A stretch of DNA of 64,000 bases from an uncultured Ruminococcus sp. (GTDB lineage: Bacteria; Bacillota; Clostridia; Oscillospirales; Acutalibacteraceae). The number at the start of each line of letters is the position of its first letter. Position 1 is the first letter of the stretch. Below, one piece after another: positions 17,076-26,466 of the stretch. The notes under the pieces were generated by a model, which had not been told where the DNA came from, did no database searches, and worked only from the letters and a program-made list of their open reading frames with translations. Both the position numbers and the translations under genes were made by a program. Where the stretch lies: the NCBI GenBank assembly GCA_902776375.1, contig CACYPV010000006.1, positions 893 to 64,892 on the forward strand, read 5' to 3'.

Positions 17076-18326
17076 ATGAAAGCAGAAGAACTAAAAAAGC
17101 TATACGCGCTGACCCCTGAATTACATGAAAGCGTTGCGCGTACTCTGCAAAAGCTTGATGACAAATCGCCTATGCGCTACCGCAAACAGAAAATTGTTAA
17201 GCGTTTTGCGGTTGTGCTTGCTGTTGTCATATTGCTTGCGGCGTTTACTACCGCAGCATACGCAACGCATCTATTTGGCTTTTTGACAGAACGCGTCGGG
17301 AAATACGGAGTGAATATGCATATCGTGCAGGCAACGCCGGATTCCGCCGTAAACAAAAAATACGCAAAGCCTAACCCAACCTACTTGCCAAAAGGCTGCT
17401 GCCAGTTGATGGGAAATGATGATAACGAAAATCCCATCCTTAACGCCGAGGGTGTGACGTCTTACAATCCCAACGGCAATTACAAATATACGGACGGCAA
17501 AGAAACATGGGTGCATTTCCATGTGTACCAAGCGGAGTCATACAGCGAGGAAGCCCGTTATATTGTAGATAGCTTTGAAAAAGAATACGGAGGTCATAAA
17601 ACCATATTCCTGACAAGACAGTTTGAGGATAACGGCAATCAGGATCACTACGCCGTGAAATATTTTGAGGATTGGGGGATTGTGGTTGATAAAGAGCACT
17701 TGGAACCGGAAACCGTTGATGTGGGCGATGATCCGTATGTCGGTTATGCTTTTTCGACGAAGGATGAAACAAGAGAGTACCAACTTGGCGAAACTTTTAC
17801 ATGGACAGAGCAGATAGTAGACGCACCTTCACCGTTATACTGCTTTAAAGAAGGTGAATGTGAGATAACCGTAAAAGCCGTTAAAGAGAACGACGGTATC
17901 AAAGGATTAGACAGAAACAATCTGCTTTTTCCCGATGACGAAGAATGGTGCGCACGTTGGTTCAACAGCGACGGCAGTTTGAAAACACCATATATTCGAA
18001 CCGATATAGATTACGGTGACGGTGTTAACGCGCTCGGACACAGTGAATCAAAAGAAGTCAACCGGCACTTTTATTTGGTGACTGTGAAAGTGAAAAACGG
18101 CAGCTTTACCGGGCAATTTATGACACATAGCGGCAGCGTATTGTATCAGGAAAACCATTCTGAAAACGGAGCGGAAATTTTTACAGTAGGTATTGTGGCG
18201 GATGAAGATGAATTGAATGATGTTGTGCTTAGCATAGCTTCCTTTGAAACGGTCATTGACGATAAAACGCAGACCGTCGTCCGCAAGAGTATTGACACAA
18301 TAATTCCGCTCCAAGTGAATCAGTGA
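17076..18326 (+). CDS. Single-pass membrane protein, possible anti-sigma factor partner of the downstream ECF sigma
   Basis: A cytoplasmic N-terminal ~40 aa, a TM helix (FAVVLAVVILLAAFTTAAYA) and a large extracytoplasmic domain. A 9-nt gap separates it from the sigma factor gene. Confidence 0.55.
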   Translation: MKAEELKKLYALTPELHESVARTLQKLDDKSPMRYRKQKIVKRFAVVLAVVILLAAFTTAAYATHLFGFLTERVGKYGVNMHIVQATPDSAVNKKYAKPNPTYLPKGCCQLMGNDDNENPILNAEGVTSYNPNGNYKYTDGKETWVHFHVYQAESYSEEARYIVDSFEKEYGGHKTIFLTRQFEDNGNQDHYAVKYFEDWGIVVDKEHLEPETVDVGDDPYVGYAFSTKDETREYQLGETFTWTEQIVDAPSPLYCFKEGECEITVKAVKENDGIKGLDRNNLLFPDDEEWCARWFNSDGSLKTPYIRTDIDYGDGVNALGHSESKEVNRHFYLVTVKVKNGSFTGQFMTHSGSVLYQENHSENGAEIFTVGIVADEDELNDVVLSIASFETVIDDKTQTVVRKSIDTIIPLQVNQ

Positions 18327-18335
18327 GGTGTGTAT

Positions 18336-18791
18336 ATGACGAAAGAAAAGTTCACCGGGCTGATTTTGAAAAACGAGGAAATGATGTGTAAGGTTGCCAT
18401 GTCCATGCTCCGCAACGAAAAGGACTGCGAGGATGCTATGCAAACAGCGATTTTGTCAGCGTTTGAAAAGCTAAGTACATTAAAGCATGAGGAATACTTC
18501 CGCACATGGCTCATGCGCATTTTGATCAACACCTGCAACAAGCAGCTTCGCCAAAGAAAAAGAACTGCGGAATTAACGGAAGTCCAAGCCGTTTCAACCT
18601 CCTCGATTGAGGAGGTTGAGGTGCGTGCGGCGGTGGAAGCATTGCCGTTGAAAATCCGACAGGTGATTATCCTTTACTATTCAGAACAATTCACCACTAA
18701 AGAAATCAGCGAGATTCTCAGAATCCCTAAGGGTACGGTACTGAGCCGGTTGGATAAGGGGCGCAAACTGTTAAGGTTAGAGCTTGAATGA
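18336..18791 (+). CDS. ECF-type sigma-70 family RNA polymerase sigma factor
   Basis: Region 2 (EDAMQTAILSAFEKL..FRTWLMRILINTC) and region 4 HTH (FTTKEISEILRIPKGTVLSRLDKGRKLL). The ATG at 18336 lies behind a GAGGTG SD. Confidence 0.85.
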   Translation: MTKEKFTGLILKNEEMMCKVAMSMLRNEKDCEDAMQTAILSAFEKLSTLKHEEYFRTWLMRILINTCNKQLRQRKRTAELTEVQAVSTSSIEEVEVRAAVEALPLKIRQVIILYYSEQFTTKEISEILRIPKGTVLSRLDKGRKLLRLELE

Positions 18792-18824
18792 GCCCTTAAA
18801 ACATTTTTTAACTACATAAAAATT

Positions 18825-18868
18825 CCCCTTGATAAGCCGATTTGCCTATCAAGGGGCGTCGTGTTTTT
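18825..18868. terminator. Stem-loop CCCCTTGATA..TATCAAGGGG plus T-run between convergent genes
   Basis: A 10-bp stem is followed by CGTCGTGTTTTT. Confidence 0.6.
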
Positions 18869-18870
18869 GG

Positions 18871-19182
18871 TTATGCGCTGATAATATTGTTTTTGACGAG
18901 CAGCTTTGGGTCGGCTTTCAATACGCTGAGAAACCGCCTTGCCGCTCCGATCGGTTTGTTGGTGCCGGCTTCCCACGCTTCGACTGTTTTGACAGATACG
19001 CCCATAACTTCGGCGAACGTGAGCTGCGTCATACCAAAGCCGAGACGGATGTCCTTGATTTCTTCCGAGCTGAAATCGGGAACAGGGCTTACCGTGCATT
19101 TCGCCGTTCGTGCCTGAACATTGCCTTTTTCATATTCGATTGCTTCATTCAGCCCTTTTAAAATGCTTTCATAAACGCTCAT
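18871..19182 (-). CDS. higA: XRE-type HTH antitoxin (HigA-2-like)
   Basis: 103-aa protein with HTH FGMTQLTFAEVMGVSVKTVEAWEAGTNKP and a C-terminal RFLSVLKADPKLL. The toxin frame stops 4 nt upstream of its start. Confidence 0.8.
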   Translation of the reverse strand: MSVYESILKGLNEAIEYEKGNVQARTAKCTVSPVPDFSSEEIKDIRLGFGMTQLTFAEVMGVSVKTVEAWEAGTNKPIGAARRFLSVLKADPKLLVKNNIISA

Positions 19183-19186
19183 AAAA

Positions 19187-19525
19187 TCATCTCCTGATAG
19201 TCGCTTCCAAAATTTTGATCAACTTCTTAACTTCATTCCGCTCCGATTTGGACAGATTATCTTTCTCATCTTTAGCATATGCGGTAATCAGATAAATACT
19301 CTCATAAACCGCAAAGTCCACATATCAAACTCTTGCGCTGCCGCTTTTCCCTCTGCCTTCAAAGGCGATTCGGATTTTCCGCAGACCTCCGGTGCCTTGC
19401 ATTACATCACCTTTAGCGGGATCGATCGTCAGTTCTTCCTGCAAGGCTTTGAGCTCCTTGTCAGTAAGCCCCATCTCAGCCCACTTTCGGTCAAACTCCG
19501 GAAGCATAATAAATTGCCTTGTCAT
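19187..19525 (-). pseudogene. higB: RelE/HigB-2 (DUF1044-like) toxin gene interrupted by an in-frame TGA
   Basis: The reading frame ..GTGGLRKIRIAFEGRGKSGSARV stops at a TGA (19325-19327). It then continues in the same frame as YVDFAVYESIYLITAYAKDEKDNLSKSERNEVKKLIKILEATIRR, which is the expected C-terminal half of this toxin family. Confidence 0.75.
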
Positions 19526-19545
19526 ACTGTCAGTTCTTTCAATTA

Positions 19546-19574
19546 TATTATACCCTATATAATAGGGTGTGTCA
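19546..19574 (-). promoter_or_regulatory. Consensus promoter TTGACA-17-TATAAT of the higBA locus with a palindromic operator in the spacer
   Basis: Exact hexamers on the minus strand. The spacer contains CCCTAT-ATA-ATAGGG (19552-19566). Confidence 0.55.
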
Positions 19575-19629
19575 ATATAAATCTTCCTTTTTCCTTCTAT
19601 GATTTACAATACTTATAACAAAAAACCAA

Positions 19630-19658
19630 TTGAATTACCCGGAAAAATATGCTATACT
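19630..19658 (+). promoter_or_regulatory. Putative promoter TTGAAT-17-TATACT upstream of gltX
   Basis: Near-consensus hexamers with a 17-nt spacer, 35 nt upstream of the gltX ATG. Confidence 0.4.
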
Positions 19659-19692
19659 ATTCCAGTATAGCATTTTTATTGGAGGTAATTTT

Positions 19693-21150
19693 ATGGCTGA
19701 CAAAACGGTACGCACCCGTTACGCCCCGAGCCCCACGGGCTTTATGCATGTGGGCAACCTGCGCACGGCGCTTTACGAATATCTGGTAGCCAAATCGCAG
19801 GGCGGCAAATTCATTCTCAGAATAGAGGACACCGACCGTGAAAGGCTGGTTGAAGGCGCGGTCGATTTTATTTATAACACCCTCAAGCTTGCGGGCTTGC
19901 AGCACGACGAAGGTCCCGACGTCGGCGGCGAATACGGTCCCTATGTGCAGTCCGAGCGCAAGGACATGTATCTCCCCTACGCCGAACAGCTAATAAAGGA
20001 AGGCAAGGCATACCGCTGCTTCTGCACAAAGGAAAGGCTCGAAAAAATCCAAAACGAAACCGTAGGCGGCGGCTACGACCGTCACTGCCGCGACCTCTCC
20101 GAGGAAGAGATCCAGGCGAAGCTCGACGCGGGCGTTCCCTACGTTATCCGCCAGAAAATGCCCATAGAGGGCAGCACAACATTTTCGGACGCGGTTTTCG
20201 GCGATATCACAGTTGAGAACAGCGAGCTGCAAGATCAAATACTTATCAAGACCGACGGCTATCCCACCTACAATTTCGCCAACGTTATCGACGACCACAC
20301 AATGGGCATCACCCACGTGGTGCGCGGCAGCGAGTATTTGAGCTCAACACCCAAGTATAACCTGCTTTACGAGGCGTTCGGCTGGGAGATACCCACCTAT
20401 ATCCACCTTCCCCTCATCATGGGCAAGGACGAGGACGGCAACGTAAGCAAGCTCAGCAAACGCCACGGCGCGACAGGCTTCTACGATTTGATAGACGACG
20501 GCTATCTGCCGCAGGCTATCATCAACTACATCGCCCTGCTGGGCTGGTGCCCCAAGGACAATCAGGAGATCTTCACCCTGAAAGAGCTTGAGCAGGCGTT
20601 CGACATCGACGGTATCAGCAAATCCCCGTCCGTGTTCGACTACGACAAGCTGACGTGGTTCAACGGCGAATACATCAAGACTATGACCACTGATGAGTTC
20701 ACCGAGGCGGCTATGCCCTATTACAAAAAGCTTTTCGGCGATAAAGAAATGCCGTGGGACAAGCTTGCCGAGATCCTGCAAAAGCGCGTGACTCAGCTTA
20801 CGCAGATACCCGAAATGCTCGATTTCTTCGCGGAATTGCCCGAATACGACGAAAGTCTTTTCGTAAATAAAAAGAGCAAGACCAATCTTGAAAACGCGCC
20901 CGTCGTGCTCAAAGAGGCTTACGAGCGCCTGAAAGCCCTGCCCGTCTGGGACAACCCCTCCATCCACGACTGCCTTATAGACATGGCAAAGGAAAAGGAG
21001 CTCAAAAACGGCACCGTTATGTGGCCGGTACGCATTTCGGCGGCAGGCAAGACCGTCACCCCCGGCGGTGCGGTCGAGATACTCGACATTTTGGGCAGAG
21101 AGGAATCCCTGCGCAGAATGGAAATCGGCTTAAATAAATTTGAAAAATAA
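19693..21150 (+). CDS. gltX: Glutamate--tRNA ligase
   Basis: HIGH motif (PSPTGFMHVGNLRTA) and KMSKS-type motif (KLSKRHG). The start is placed at the ATG at 19693 behind a GGAGG SD. Confidence 0.95.
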   Translation: MADKTVRTRYAPSPTGFMHVGNLRTALYEYLVAKSQGGKFILRIEDTDRERLVEGAVDFIYNTLKLAGLQHDEGPDVGGEYGPYVQSERKDMYLPYAEQLIKEGKAYRCFCTKERLEKIQNETVGGGYDRHCRDLSEEEIQAKLDAGVPYVIRQKMPIEGSTTFSDAVFGDITVENSELQDQILIKTDGYPTYNFANVIDDHTMGITHVVRGSEYLSSTPKYNLLYEAFGWEIPTYIHLPLIMGKDEDGNVSKLSKRHGATGFYDLIDDGYLPQAIINYIALLGWCPKDNQEIFTLKELEQAFDIDGISKSPSVFDYDKLTWFNGEYIKTMTTDEFTEAAMPYYKKLFGDKEMPWDKLAEILQKRVTQLTQIPEMLDFFAELPEYDESLFVNKKSKTNLENAPVVLKEAYERLKALPVWDNPSIHDCLIDMAKEKELKNGTVMWPVRISAAGKTVTPGGAVEILDILGREESLRRMEIGLNKFEK

Positions 21151-21162
21151 AGGAAAATCATC

Positions 21163-22845
<1,683 letters not shown>

Positions 22846-22872
22846 TTTATTAACATTTTTTACAAAATAACG

Positions 22873-22906
22873 GCGCAGATCCCCATTGATCTGCGCTTTT
22901 GTTTTT
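22873..22906 (+). terminator. Rho-independent terminator after glnS
   Basis: GCGCAGATC-N6-GATCTGCGC followed by TTTTGTTTTT. Confidence 0.8.
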
Positions 22907-23254
22907 ATTTTAGAATTTTTTAATAATAGATAACAATTCTGATTATTTTTGCGAAATATTCGTTTTTTATCGATTTTTATAAGAAAAAGGCGAAAAAATA
23001 AAGAATAAGTGAGTTTTTACGCACCGCTATTTCGCCTCGATCCGGTTATCCGAGTGACGTTGTTTTGATCCTCAAAACGGCAAAAGACAAAAATATAACA
23101 ATTTTGTACTAAAGGCATAGGTTATTCGGATTTTTTAAAAAATTGTGTGTCGTGTTTTGTTTTTTATATCTTTGGGCTACATTTCGTTACTATAGTTGAT
23201 TGAAGAAATTTATCATTTCCATTAATATATAAATAAATTAATTGTTAGGTAGGA

Positions 23255-23599
23255 ATGAGTATGGATAGAGCAGCATTATCTAGATTAATAGGGGCAAATA
23301 TCCGCAAATACCGTATTCAAAGGGACGTCAGCCAAGAACACCTCGCGTTGGAGTCGGGTATTCACCCCGCGTATATCAGCAAGCTTGAGCGCGGCGAGAA
23401 ATGTCCTACTATCGACACCCTTTACAGGCTTGCAAAAGCGCTGCGTATTCCTGTTTATAAATTGATCGATATCGACGGCGACATCGACAATATCTCCGAT
23501 ACTGCTTATAAAATACAGAAGTCGCTCAGCGATTTAAGTCCCGAACAGCAGAATCGCATAGCCGATTTGATCGATGAAATAGTAAGTCTTGTAAAGTAA
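23255..23599 (+). CDS. XRE family HTH transcriptional regulator
   Basis: IRKYRIQRDVSQEHLALESGIHPAYISKLERGEKCPTIDTLYRLAKAL is a Cro/C1-type HTH. Confidence 0.8.
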   Translation: MSMDRAALSRLIGANIRKYRIQRDVSQEHLALESGIHPAYISKLERGEKCPTIDTLYRLAKALRIPVYKLIDIDGDIDNISDTAYKIQKSLSDLSPEQQNRIADLIDEIVSLVK

Positions 23600-23627
23600 C
23601 GCTCTGAAAAGAGCGTTTTCTTTTTTC
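23600..23627 (+). terminator. Rho-independent terminator after the XRE gene
   Basis: CGCTCT-GAAA-AGAGCG followed by TTTTCTTTTTT. Confidence 0.75.
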
Positions 23628-23720
23628 GTTCTTTTTATATCTTTTCTTTTTCTTATTTTTATGTTATACTTTTAGTGCCAATACGCGCATTATACCTTTA
23701 GTGCCAGCAGGAGGTTTGAC

Positions 23721-24455
23721 ATGACGGTTCTCGTAACAGGCGGAGCGGGCGGAATAGGGTCGGCTGTTTGCCGCGCCTTCGCAAAAAACGGATATAATAT
23801 CGCCATACACTATCACAGCGGAGAGCGCCGCGCACAAGCTTTAGCTGATGAAATCAATAATAATTATAACTTAAAAACAGGTATATTTTACGCCGATGTT
23901 TCGAATAACGAATCTGTGCGTGAAATGTTTGACAATATCGAAAAGCAGTTCGGTTCGCTCGACGTGCTGGTCAATAACGCGGGAATAGCTCAGCAAAAGC
24001 TTTTTACCAATATAACCGCTGAGGATTGGGCTAAAATGCGCGGAGTGAACCTTGACGGGACGCTCTACTGCTGTCAGGAGGCGCTGCGGCGCTTCATGCT
24101 GCCGGCGCACAAGGGCGCGATACTCAACATCAGCTCCATGTGGGGGCAGGTAGGCGCGAGCTGCGAGGTGCACTACAGCGCGGCTAAGGCAGGCGTGATA
24201 GGACTGACAAAGGCGCTTGCAAAGGAAGTCGGGCTGTCGGGCGTGCGCGTAAACTGCATTGCGCCCGGGGTAATAATGACCGACATGATGGCGGGCTTTG
24301 ACGAGGAAACGCTTGATGAGCTGCGCGATGAAACCCCGCTGAACAGGCTGGGAACGCCCGAGGATATAGCGGAGACGGCGCTGTTTTTGTGCAGCGACAA
24401 GGCTTCGTTTATTACAGGGCAGATACTTGGAATAAACGGCGGGTTTGTCATATAG
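23721..24455 (+). CDS. SDR family oxidoreductase (FabG-like 3-oxoacyl-ACP reductase paralogue)
   Basis: TGGAGGIG cofactor motif, NNAG, and the YSAAK catalytic motif. Confidence 0.85.
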   Translation: MTVLVTGGAGGIGSAVCRAFAKNGYNIAIHYHSGERRAQALADEINNNYNLKTGIFYADVSNNESVREMFDNIEKQFGSLDVLVNNAGIAQQKLFTNITAEDWAKMRGVNLDGTLYCCQEALRRFMLPAHKGAILNISSMWGQVGASCEVHYSAAKAGVIGLTKALAKEVGLSGVRVNCIAPGVIMTDMMAGFDEETLDELRDETPLNRLGTPEDIAETALFLCSDKASFITGQILGINGGFVI

Positions 24456-24479
24456 AAAACAGTCATGAATAAAAAAGGA

Positions 24480-24514
24480 CCCTCTCGGCTTTTGAAGCTG
24501 AGAGGGATTTTTTT
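24480..24514. terminator. Bidirectional stem-loop terminator between the SDR gene and accA
   Basis: A CCCTCTCGGC..GCTGAGAGGG stem is flanked by an A-run and a T-run. Confidence 0.75.
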
Positions 24515-24518
24515 AACG

Positions 24519-25304
24519 TTAATCGGTTTGAGCGCCTATTTTGCGGAAGCGCATGTATCTTTGCTCGGTGAGCGCTTCGACGGGAAGCGAAAGATTTTTT
24601 TCGAGCGTTCGGCTGATAAGGAGCTTTAAGCTTTCGAACATAGCGGCGTCCTCCGCCTTTGGCTCGCGGATGATACGCTCAACCACGCCTAGGTCGAAAA
24701 GATCCTGCGCGGTCATTTTGAGCGCCTCTGCCGCCTCGGGCGCCTTTGAGCTGTCCTTCCACAGAATGGAGGCGCAGCCCTCGGGAGAGATGACGGAATA
24801 AACTGCGTTTTCCATCATCCAGACCTCGTCGGAAACAGCCAGCGCCAACGCGCCGCCGCTGCCGCCCTCGCCTATCAAGATGGTGAGGATGGGGGTTTTG
24901 AGGGTCATCATTTCCATGAGGTTTTCCGCGATAGCCTGACCCTGACCGCGCTCCTCGGCGCCGATACCCGGGTAGGCTCCGCTGGTGTCAACAAGGCAGA
25001 GCACGGGGCGGCGGAACTTTTCAGCCTGCTTCATAAGGCGCAGCGCCTTGCGGTAGCCCTCGGGCTGTGCCTGACCGAAATTGCGCTCGACGCGCTCGCG
25101 GGTGTTTCTGCCCTTTTCTATGCCTATGACGGTGAGCGGCGTGTCGTAGAGCATGGCAAGCCCCGCGACGATAGCCTTGTCGTCGGAAAACCTTCTGTCG
25201 CCGTGCAGCTCGATAAAGCTGTCGCCGAACATGTGTGAGATATAATCAACAGCGGTGAGCTTTTTGGAGTCGCGCGCCGCCATTACCTTTTCAAAAGCCG
25301 TCAT
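24519..25304 (-). CDS. accA: Acetyl-CoA carboxylase carboxyltransferase subunit alpha
   Basis: Typical AccA core (FGQAQPEGYRKALRLMKQAEKFRRPVLCLVDTSGAYPG). Overlaps accD by 4 nt. Confidence 0.9.
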   Translation of the reverse strand: MTAFEKVMAARDSKKLTAVDYISHMFGDSFIELHGDRRFSDDKAIVAGLAMLYDTPLTVIGIEKGRNTRERVERNFGQAQPEGYRKALRLMKQAEKFRRPVLCLVDTSGAYPGIGAEERGQGQAIAENLMEMMTLKTPILTILIGEGGSGGALALAVSDEVWMMENAVYSVISPEGCASILWKDSSKAPEAAEALKMTAQDLFDLGVVERIIREPKAEDAAMFESLKLLISRTLEKNLSLPVEALTEQRYMRFRKIGAQTD

Positions 25305-26161
25305 TGCGCCGCCTCCCCGTAACCGTGCATTTTAAGCAGCTTTACCACTGTTTTCTTTAACTTGTCGCGGCTTACTACCGCGTCGATAAAGCCCTTTTGC
25401 ATAACGAATTCGGAGGTCTGGAAATCCTTCGGGAGCTTTTGTCGCATGGTCTGCTCGATGACACGCGGACCCGCGAACGCCACAAGGGAGTTGGGCTCGG
25501 CGAGGATTATGTCGCCCTCCATAGCGAACGAAGCCGTAACGCCGCCCGTGGTGGGGTCGGTGAGAACGGTTATGTAGAGCAGCCCCGCGTCGCTGTGACG
25601 CTTGACCGCACCGGAGGTCTTTGCCATTTGCATAAGCGAGAGGATGCCCTCTTGCATGCGTGCGCCGCCCGAAACGGTGCAAACGACGACCGGAAGCCGG
25701 TTTTCGGTGGCGTATTCAAAGGCGCGGGTGATCTTTTCGCCCGTGACGGTGCCCATGCTGCCCATCATGAAGCCGCCCTCCATAACACAGAGGACTGTTT
25801 TGACGCCGCCGATAAGGCACTCGCCGCATATCACCGACTCTTTGCCCTTCTCACGAGCCTTCTCAAGCTTTTTGTCGTAGCCCGGGAAGTCGAGGATATT
25901 GGCGGCGGTGAGGTCGGCGTCGTGCTCGCAGAAGCTGTCGCCGTCGGCAAACAGAGAAATGCGTCGCTTAGCGTCCATGCGGAAGTGGTGGTTGCACTTG
26001 GTACAGACGTTAAGGTTTTCCTCCATGTCGGTGGTGAGGAGCAGGGTGTTGCACTTGGGGCACTTAACCCACATTTCCTCGGGGACGAAGGGTACGTTCT
26101 GCTTAGCGTCGGGCGAGGATTCAAGCTCGTTTTTCGGTTTTACAAAGGAAAAGAAATCCAT
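25301..26161 (-). CDS. accD: Acetyl-CoA carboxylase carboxyltransferase subunit beta
   Basis: N-terminal Zn ribbon CPKC..CTKC and the carboxyltransferase beta core. Confidence 0.9.
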   Translation of the reverse strand: MDFFSFVKPKNELESSPDAKQNVPFVPEEMWVKCPKCNTLLLTTDMEENLNVCTKCNHHFRMDAKRRISLFADGDSFCEHDADLTAANILDFPGYDKKLEKAREKGKESVICGECLIGGVKTVLCVMEGGFMMGSMGTVTGEKITRAFEYATENRLPVVVCTVSGGARMQEGILSLMQMAKTSGAVKRHSDAGLLYITVLTDPTTGGVTASFAMEGDIILAEPNSLVAFAGPRVIEQTMRQKLPKDFQTSEFVMQKGFIDAVVSRDKLKKTVVKLLKMHGYGEAAQ

Positions 26162-26466
26162 AATGACCTCTCATTAGTGGTTAGTGGCTAGTGGTTAGTG
26201 GTTAGTCAGTAATAAGTTATAAGTAAGAAGTTATAAGTAAATTTAGATTAAGCCTTTGTTCATCGCCGAGGGGGATCCTTCGACTATTTCACTACGTGAA
26301 ATTGCCCTTCGGGCACCGCTCAGGATGACAATTTCTGCCTCTCATTGGGGTATCTCTCGACTATTTCCTGTCGGAAATTTTTGCTTCGCAAAACCGCTCG
26401 AGATGACATATATAGGCAACGTTTCTGCTAAATCAACTTTCAACTTTCAATTTTCAACTTTCAATT
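26162..26466. repeat. Composite repeat element inside the acc/fab operon (word arrays plus two tandem module-B copies)
   Basis: GTTAGTGG and AAGTTATAAGTA words at 26172-26240, module B at 26270-26330 and 26347-26408, and TTCAACTTT words at 26432-26466. Confidence 0.85.

Noticed and set aside
19325-19327. In-frame TGA of the toxin gene read as selenocysteine or programmed read-through.
   Set aside because: No SECIS-like hairpin is evident immediately downstream, and the family is not known to be a selenoprotein. A nonsense mutation (or sequencing error) is the simpler explanation.
22846-23254. About 400-nt A+T-rich spacer after glnS, examined for tRNA/ncRNA genes, att sites or small ORFs.
   Set aside because: Apart from the glnS terminator I saw no cloverleaf-compatible sequence, conserved motif or SD-preceded ORF. 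It is probably just the promoter/regulatory region of the XRE gene.
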